Source: Chrysomallon squamiferum (lineage: Eukaryota; Animalia; Mollusca). Taken from it: DNA of 64,000 bases. The notes under the pieces were generated by a model. The model was not told the DNA's origin, searched no databases, and worked only from the letters and a program-made list of their open reading frames with translations. The stretch covers positions 5,022,001 to 5,086,000 of the forward strand of contig CM022674.1 in assembly GCA_012295275.1 (NCBI GenBank), read 5' to 3'. Below are positions 41,349 through 64,000 of this stretch, in pieces. Made by a program: the position numbers and the translations under genes. Position 1 is the first letter of the stretch, and each line of letters opens with the position of its first letter.

Positions 41349-42025
41349 CCTTCAGTCCACAATATCTCCAACGTCCAGTCGCTGTGACATGCGGGCATGG
41401 TATCAACTGTCAAAGGAAAATAATTTTCAAGGTCGGTCAATTCCCTTCTATCTATTTTCTCGCGAAGAATTTTTACTTCACAAAAGTAAAATCCCATCTA
41501 CGGAGAAACCATTCCATCCTGGCGCCTTTTGTTTAATAAACTTTCAACGTATCAGTAACTGATTTAGCTGGATTTGATCTCTCAGTGTGCACATAGTTTC
41601 TAGCGGATGACCAAAGAGGTTTTCTACTGTAATTGAGAAATAATCCACTACTAGACTTCGACTATGAACAAATCCTAAGAATGGCGTCTCTTTGTACCTC
41701 TGTAATTAACAGTCTTTGCCACATTTGGTTAGTTGACTTCTTGCAATCGAGAAGAACAAACAAACAAAAAAAAAAATCACTTATCGAATTACATCCTATT
41801 TCCGTATACGACTCATTTTCGATATCTCCAGCTGAACGCTAATGACTGCACGATTCAATGTGGTTTTTTTCTGCATACTCTCATGTTCCATTCGTAATAC
41901 ACTTCTTTACGATGAGAGGGTAAAGGTTATCTTGTTCCACACCTATGAGCTCTTACGCTTGATAGTGCCTTTTGTTTTTGTTCAGAAATGTGGCAGTGAT
42001 CCAGCAAACGGCGAGGACATCTCTC
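39840..42025 (-). pseudogene. Decayed coding-like block of unknown origin (pseudogene, TE or viral remnant)
   Basis: Complex, more GC-rich sequence whose minus strand gives protein-like stretches of up to ~55 aa (e.g. YKETPFLGFVHSRSLVVDYFSITVENLFGHPLETM; HLLRLFDEYFTNILSRDKEQILLLMDSI; LLQKVLKHALKEAD) broken by stops, frameshifts and expanded T tracts; no family recognised. Confidence 0.35.
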
Positions 42026-43265
42026 ACACACAACAATATATACATATGTAATTATATATATAAATGAAATTTTAATGGTTCACGTAACCTCAGGGAAATC
42101 GTGCCCTATTTTTTGTCTCAATGGTTTTTCAAGCCTCCTTTTTCCATTTGTTGGTGTTGCAATTTCTTTTTTTGTAGTACTTTAAACGTCATCTTTAAAT
42201 TCTTCACGTTTTTTTTTTTTGTTGTTTTTTATTTTTTTATTTTTATTTTTTTTAGCAGAATATTTACCACATATCCATTCAATTGGATCTATGGCTGTAT
42301 TAAATATGTTTCTTAACCACGGTGACAACATATTCACATACAACTGACCAGTGGTATACCAGTTGACACGTATATAAAGAACTGGACACTTGTTGTTCGT
42401 GCATTGAATGCTTGCCAACCTGTTTAATTTTTAACGACACCTGCGACATTTTTAACAGTTCTTCATCACTTACTTTCTATGTAACACTGAACTAGTCATT
42501 TAGAAGCTTGTTACAATCTAGTAATTTACTAACAAAGCTTTTATGAATTTGGGCACAAGACCTCATGCTTAAGTTTAAAGATAAGAGTGTTTTTTTTGTT
42601 GTTTTTTTTTTTTTTTTTTCCGACAATAAGTAGGTCAGCGAATAAAAATAAATAATACGTTGTCTGTGGATCATTAGAAAACTGGACAGGCCTATCAGTG
42701 ATGTAAATCTCATTTCTTTCTTCTGTTATACGTTCGTTTTAAATTTAAGTTTCGTATTTATCTATCGTTTTCTTATTTATTTATTTATTTATTGTTGTTC
42801 CTCGATGTGGTTTTTAATTTTTCTATCAATACAGACGTGACGGGGTATTCCATGATATTATATCGTCACCCCCATCAAAAAGTGGACTGGGCTTCCCGAC
42901 CTTATTCCATTTGCCAATCAGTTTCATTTCTTTTTACCGTCACTAACTTGACAAACATTTCTCGTCTATAATTACATAATATATATATTTTTTTAAATAA
43001 ATATTATTATTATTTAACTTTAATATTAATCTCGGTTCGACATCCCTTACCAATTAACCTCATCAGTTGCCGTAGCAATACACAATCAGAATTCAATACT
43101 ATAATAATTAAAAGCTTCTCTTCTTTTTTTTTTTTTTTCTTTTTTTTTTTTTTTTTATATATATATATATAATCAAGTTTATCTCTAGAGAATGTTAATT
43201 TTACAGAAATAGATTGAATAGGATATATAGTGATGATAATGAATTACAATTATTATCTGTCATGG

Positions 43266-43308
<43 letters not shown>

Positions 43309-43700
43309 AAATAAAAAAAAAGCTGGATCCTAGGGAATTGAGGTGTGTGTCTGCGTTGGTAAAAAATGGAGTCCAAAATATATATTTTGTAATAAATTTT
43401 CATTCTGTGATATATGTCCTTGTTCTGTCTAACTAGAATTTTGTTCTAGTATTAACGGCGGTTTAATATGACATTGGCTGGGCTTATGATGTAGGTTACA
43501 TTGAACATCCGGGTATGTGGTGTCCATGACGTCTACAGCATCTGTCTGGTCTGACGTCTTTCGTTAATCAACTTCCGCAAGCTTGTATAACTTACGTTAA
43601 TTTAATAACTTGACGTGTCTGTTTAGATGAAAATGTCATAATGCGTCATATAATAATAATAATAATAATAATGATGATGATGATAATGATGATGGTGATG

Positions 43701-43749
<49 letters not shown>

Positions 43750-44493
43750 CATTGCAGCAGTACTCGTTTTAATCTGTTTTCGACCAAAGACGTAATCGTT
43801 TCGTTGGAGAGGAAAATATAATTAAGACAAATAAGTAAAACAGTAGCCTACTTGTACTGCTTCCTATACCTAATTTGAAACAGAATATAAATATGTCTTT
43901 AAAAAAATATATGTGGAAAAATCTATATAACAGCTTTTCTCGTGGTGGTCAGCTCAATGTTGCATGTTCAAGAGTTGGAAATGGAAAGAATGTATTCATC
44001 CTCACTACCAGAAGGAATAACTACAACAACAACAACAACAACAACAACAATAATAAATAAATAATAAATAAACAAAAATTATAGCCTGCTGCCATACATT
44101 GATTCATAAATAAATAAATAAATAAATAAAAATAATTTGATTTAAAAAGACTTTTACATATTATAACAGCCTTTATATTCAAAAAAAAAAAAAATAATAA
44201 TAATAATAATAAAAAAAAAAAAATTAAAAAAAATAGTGCTCTGTATCATTTCTTTTTTCTACTTTATTTTCACGCATTGATTCACAGCCTGTAAACGTGA
44301 GTTCCGTTACCTCGGTAAACGAAAGGACATAGCTGTTAGGATCGATTTTGCAATGTCACGCTTTTTAATTCCTCGTGTTAACTTCGAGACAAGATACCAC
44401 TCACTTGATGACGTCATTGTCAGCTATCATTATTTTTATTCTCCAAAACACAATAATTCGATATTTCTCTTCAAAGGTGATTTTATCGATCTT

Positions 44494-44537
<44 letters not shown>

Positions 44538-44763
44538 TTTCTTTTTTTTCTTCTGTTTTTTCCCGCCATTATGTTTGATAAAGCAATTAAATAAATAGAT
44601 ATTATCAAGAAGAAAGGGAATAAAAAATAAATATATGGATAACTATCTTTGTTATGTTTGTTTTTGTCAATGATGGTTAGATCTTTGTAATTTCCAGCTG
44701 CTGGATGGTTTAATCGCTGTTTAATTTCTGTTTATTTATTCATTTATTTTTTATCTTGTTACA

Positions 44764-44824
<61 letters not shown>

Positions 44825-45605
44825 GCTAGTTTGTACGCGTGTTTTGTTGTTAGTGGTGGATTTTTCTTTTAAATTTTATTGTCTTATTTTTATTTCGTTC
44901 GATTTCATTATTTTACTTTTATATCCTTTACAGATTTAGCAACTAAATTAATCTAAATAAAAAAAATAATAATAATAAATAAATAAATAAATAAATGAAA
45001 ACAAATTCTGAAGAAAGGAAAAACAAATTTCTGCCCAAGAACGATTTAAACTCGGTTACAAAGCTATATTAGCGAAACGGTACTTATCTCCCTTGTTCAG
45101 GTTATGAATTAACAATGAATTATCAACAGACTGTTATAAACAATGAACTACAACCGGTTTATTTACTTTTTAAATTACATATTTTTCTTAAAACAATAAC
45201 TGTTGTAAAACTGTGACCCTTAAAGGTCAATACTGCACCCGTTTGACGTCTGCCATGGCCATGAAAAAAGGAAACCCAGGGTCGCGATATGATTGTCTTC
45301 TTCTTTTCGACTGTCAGAATTGAATCTTTTAAAAATATCTTCCCACTGAAAAGGAAGGTATATTCAGGTAAACAGAAGAAGAATAACAGTTATCTCTCCA
45401 AATAAAATAAAAGAAAAAAGGATTAAAGAAAAGAATAAAAGTAAATAATCTAAAACGAATTTGATCAATATATTTTTTAATAATTCTATCAATCTTCATA
45501 CATTTATTTCCTGTTTATAATTTTAGTTTCAATTTTGTCCAGTTTAATGGTGCTTTCATTCTTATTTACTTTATTTTATTTTATTTATTTATTTATTTAT
45601 TTTTA

Positions 45606-45904
45606 AACCTCTTTCATTTTGATAACCGATATACTGTTTACCTTTCTGCATCAGTTCATTTAAGAATATTTATTTATTTTATAGTCAAAAATCGTAAAAA
45701 AAAAAACACACACACGATATTTTCTGTGAAGAATAGACGCGTCGAAGCTATTACTATTCTTTTGTAACCTCTTTCATTTTAATAACCGATATATCGTTTA
45801 CCTTTCTACATCAATTCATATAAAAGAATATTTATTTCTTATTTTATAGTCTAAATCGTTAGAAAAACACGGCATTGTCTGCGGAAGAATAGACGCGTCG
45901 AAGC
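45606..45904 (+). repeat. Tandem duplication, ~140-bp unit with 160-bp period (45606-45748 / 45766-45904)
   Basis: Both copies run AACCTCTTTCATTTT(G/A)ATAACCGATAT...GAAGAATAGACGCGTCGAAGC. Confidence 0.9.
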
Positions 45905-45912
45905 CTGCAACA

Positions 45913-45993
45913 TTTCGCGCCAAAACATGACTTGCTGAATCACTTTAAGTGCCGAAAGCGGCGGGTAAAGGTGAGGATGTTGGGCGGGTAAAA
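45913..45993. promoter_or_regulatory. Cluster of E2F-like sites in a CpG-rich patch
   Basis: TTTCGCGCCAAA at 45913-45924 (the overlapping E2F site known from the DHFR promoter) plus two GGCGGGTAAA motifs within 80 bp. Confidence 0.4.
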
Positions 45994-46136
45994 TGAGCCC
46001 TTGTATCGTGAATATGAGGCTTACACGTCTGCTCGGTGTAGCAGGTACTAAAAGTGATAAAACTGATTGTGTAGAAACTCTATTGCGTAAAATAATTTCT
46101 TTGTAAACGTTTGGCTCGAAAAACAAATAATTAAAA

Positions 46137-46171
<35 letters not shown>

Positions 46172-46767
46172 GAATACGTTTTAGAGTAAGTATTATTATT
46201 TACAAATCATGTTGTTTTAACTTACCTATTTCGATTCCTTTTTTTTTTTTTTTTTTTAGCACACGATGCGCATGTTCCGGAACTTGCACCAAAACATGCA
46301 TTGTTATAATTACTGAATTATTAGTACAAGATCCCATAATCATTCACTGTTTCTGTGTTTCGTTGATTTGTTGTTGTTTTTGTTTTATTATTTTTATTAT
46401 TTATTTTATTTTATTTATTTGTTTTGATTAATTTTTATTTATTTATTTAATTTTTTTTTTTTTTTTGTTACTACGTTATACAGTTATAATCAAACATATT
46501 TTAAAACCAGAATCCCTTGCAAAACGTTTATCAAAAACAAATTTGTTGATTCACAGAACCAAAGAAATAATCCATCTTCTGAAATAGATAATTCTTCATT
46601 AACAAACGTTGATATTCACGATTCAAATTTAGTACCCTAAAAACACAGAACTTCTGGTTCCCACCCCACCTAAAAACAGATCTAGTTCTGCCCCCATACC
46701 CTGATACGTTTCTGTTTTACTCGTCAATATGAAATTCATAAGGTTGGTGGTTTTGATTTCTTCTAGG

Positions 46768-46819
<52 letters not shown>

Positions 46820-46971
46820 TTGTTAAAATATAAAAGAAAATCGTTGCAGGAGCCATTAGCAAATTATTGTCGTTCGTTTTATGTCACGGTTATTAAGCGT
46901 GAAGAACAGGTTTTTGAGTAGTTCTATGGTGGAAGATAAAAACTTGTTTATCTCAAGTACCAATTAGGATA

Positions 46972-47004
<33 letters not shown>

Positions 47005-49079
47005 TAATAACAATAAAGGCAAAAAAAAAAAAAAAAAAAAAAAAATGAAAACAAAATTAATTCATCATAGCTGTTGATAATAATCATCTCTATTACAATT
47101 TTTTTTTTTTTTTTTTTTTTTTTTATGAAGTATAATCGATTCTCTTAAGAGCGCGTTCATTAACTGCTTACCGGCTAGTGTAAAACAATTAATGTGCAGC
47201 TGTGGTATATTCTGCACGGTCAACGAAATAGCTTTCATAAAGTATATAGTCCGTTGCAAAGGGCACTTAATTTAATTGCTGTATAAAACGGCGTATATCA
47301 CGAACGATTAGTTTTTCATGAGCGGTAACATGTACCGCGGTATCAATGAAATCGTTTTCGTGAAGTATGGTAGGTCGCAGGCTCGATTCTCCATTAGGGC
47401 GCTTTGATTGGTTTGTTTTATTACTAACTGAAAGCGGTTTGATTTTCATGAGCTTTGGTAGGTGCTGCTCTGTCAGTAAAACGATTTCATGAAAACACGA
47501 CAGGCTGTAAGATCAATTCTCTTTATCGCACACTGAGTAGTTGCTTTATCGTTAATAACTGTTATTTTAATTTTATTTTATTTATTTATTTATTTATTTT
47601 TACTTTTATTTATATTTACTTTTATTTTTATTTATTTATATTTACTTTTTAATTTTTGGTGTGCACATATATAAATGTATGTGTGTATATATGTATTCAT
47701 GTGTGTGTAATGTGTCTGTCTATATATATATATATATATATATATGGGGATATAAAGTGTACTGTCTATACTAAACTGTATATAAAAGGCTTTTTGATGT
47801 TAAGAGATAAGAATACTCTATGTCATCATTAAGCTAGTACAACTACGTAAAGTATCGAGTACTTTCTGGAACAGGAAATAGGCTATTAAGTGACGAATAT
47901 AACTGATTCAGTATCACAGGGCTACTCATTACCAAGCACTGAACAGAAAAATTAAAGATTTAATCCAAATGTTTCTTTTCTATTATTTATTTTTTTTATT
48001 TTATTTTCCTGTTTATAGAAATGTAAAGTGTAAGTGAATGAAAATGTAAATATTCTGCAGTATCTATTGAAAGATAACCTCTTTAAATAGAGCAACAAAA
48101 AAACAAACATAAACGTCTTCTCAAAAACTGAGTGAAGGAAGAAATATTTTATTCAGCAGCACTTATGCTGTTTAATGACGTAGAACAAAAATGTTAAATG
48201 ACGCAGAGGAATATCATTTTTATAAACACTTCCGTAGTGACAGTCTTCCTTTTTTGCTGCCTTCCTTTCTTTTGCATCCTACATAACACATACCTTTTTA
48301 TTTTCAGGAAATGATTAAAGGAAGAAATACTATATATACAACACTCTGAAACTGTACTTGTACTCTTATGTAGCGTGAACGACACAGTTAATATTAAATG
48401 ACGCAAAGCAACGTAATTTTTATAAGAACCTTCCCATGAACAGTACAGTCCATACCAACGTTTCTGATGAACTTTAGTTATTTATAAAGGTAAAACAACC
48501 TTAAAAGATATATATTCGTGCAATGGATCTTATTAATTGCTCTCTGTCGACCTTTCGTATTTTCATTCTTTCTTGCTGTCTTTCTTTCTTTTACGTTCTG
48601 CATAAGACATGCCTTTGTAATTGTTAGTCCAGACTGGGAGAAATGGTAATTAAATAAGTATATATAGTATCCACAGAAAGTGAGATACGTTACTAAGTAA
48701 AGGCACGTAAGTAATTTCTTTATGACGTATCTATACGTACGTATGTCTGTATGTATTATTGTTGTTGTTGTTGCTGCTGGGGTTTTTTTTTGTTTGTTTT
48801 TTGTTATTTTTAATGCCATTGTTATTATTAGTGTTATTGTTTTTGTTCTTAAAATTAATGTGTGAATTTTAATTTTTTAAACTTTTATGTATATAAACCA
48901 TTACTCTTGTTTGTTATTTCTTTTCTTTCATTGTGGGGGCTTTCTTTAATTATTATTATTATTTACTAATTATAACTATGTTTAAAATGTTATAGCTTTA
49001 GGAATATTTGCTGCAAATACGAATTGTTATTAATTAAAACTCTATTTCCTTCTTTCTTTATTTATTTATCTTTCACAAC

Positions 49080-49242
49080 GGAATTCGTAAATGAGGAAGT
49101 GGTAATAATATAGGGAGATAACTCCAATATCCGGATATACGTCATATAGTTTGACTACATGACTGTCTAATTTCTTTGTGGTCACAGAAGAAATACAATT
49201 AAAAACAGAAAGAAAATTGGGTTTAAAGCGGCGTTAGGAAAA
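49080..49242 (+). promoter_or_regulatory. Putative UBE4B promoter / 5' UTR
   Basis: Immediately upstream of the ATG; CpG retained; Ets-like GAGGAAGT, CRE-like TACGTCA, AGGGAGATAACTC; TSS cannot be determined. Confidence 0.4.
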
Positions 49243-63518
<14,276 letters not shown>

Positions 63519-64000
63519 GTTAGTGAGAGGGAGAGGGAGGGGGAGAGAGAGAGAGAGAGATTGAAAAAAGAATAATGAGGACAGAGAGAGAACAAAGATT
63601 AAGAATAAGTGATATAATTTGATACTGTATAATCACTGACATTATATCGTTTTATCATATACAGTTTGAAATAAAATGTGAAACTATGGAATATATACTA
63701 AGATTGTCAAAAAATTTGAAGGTATTTTGTCACTTATCTTAGAAGTAATGGGGGGGAGGAGAGAGAGAGAAAAAATAAAGGGATTGTGTGGGAGAGATTC
63801 TGAAACTGTTAATTATAACAATAAAATAAAATAAAATAAAATAACAGTTATAATGAAACAATCAAAACCAAAGAGAATAACAATATCAGAGAGAAAACAA
63901 GAAACTTAAGCATTTTGATTCTTGAACAATTTTTTTTTTATGATTCTGCTCAGAGATTTACAAGAGTATATATATCCCAGTAAATGAGTAAAAGTGTTTT

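Noticed and set aside
47300-47500. 13-bp inverted repeat ATGAAATCGTTTT / AAAACGATTTCAT in a CpG-rich patch
   Set aside because: Probably a decayed MITE, but termini and TSD cannot be defined

Overview
AT-rich, microsatellite-dense animal genomic DNA; lophotrochozoan/mollusc-like by gene content and repeat style (inference). Two spliced + strand genes could be reconstructed by hand. (1) A complete 6-coding-exon gene (10140-36156, 618 aa) encodes a two-TM receptor guanylyl cyclase with a NIT (nitrate/nitrite-sensing) domain and no kinase-homology domain. A 22.1-kb intron splits its NIT domain. (2) The first 19 exons of UBE4B/UFD2 (49243 to beyond the window end). The most unusual structure is UBE4B intron 16: a ~1.08-kb minisatellite built from the exon16/donor junction, carrying about 30 donor-like sites and two AG/GT-flanked 60-nt copies of the exon 3' end. 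One copy differs from the exon only at synonymous sites. The window also holds a ~20-bp motif repeated about 10 times around the NIT-GC locus, two hAT-type MITEs, a ~160-bp intronic inverted repeat, a decayed coding-like block at 39.8-42.0 kb and an E2F-site cluster with no obvious adjacent gene. Nearly all other ORFs in the supplied track are microsatellite artefacts. No rRNA, tRNA or CRISPR features were recognised.
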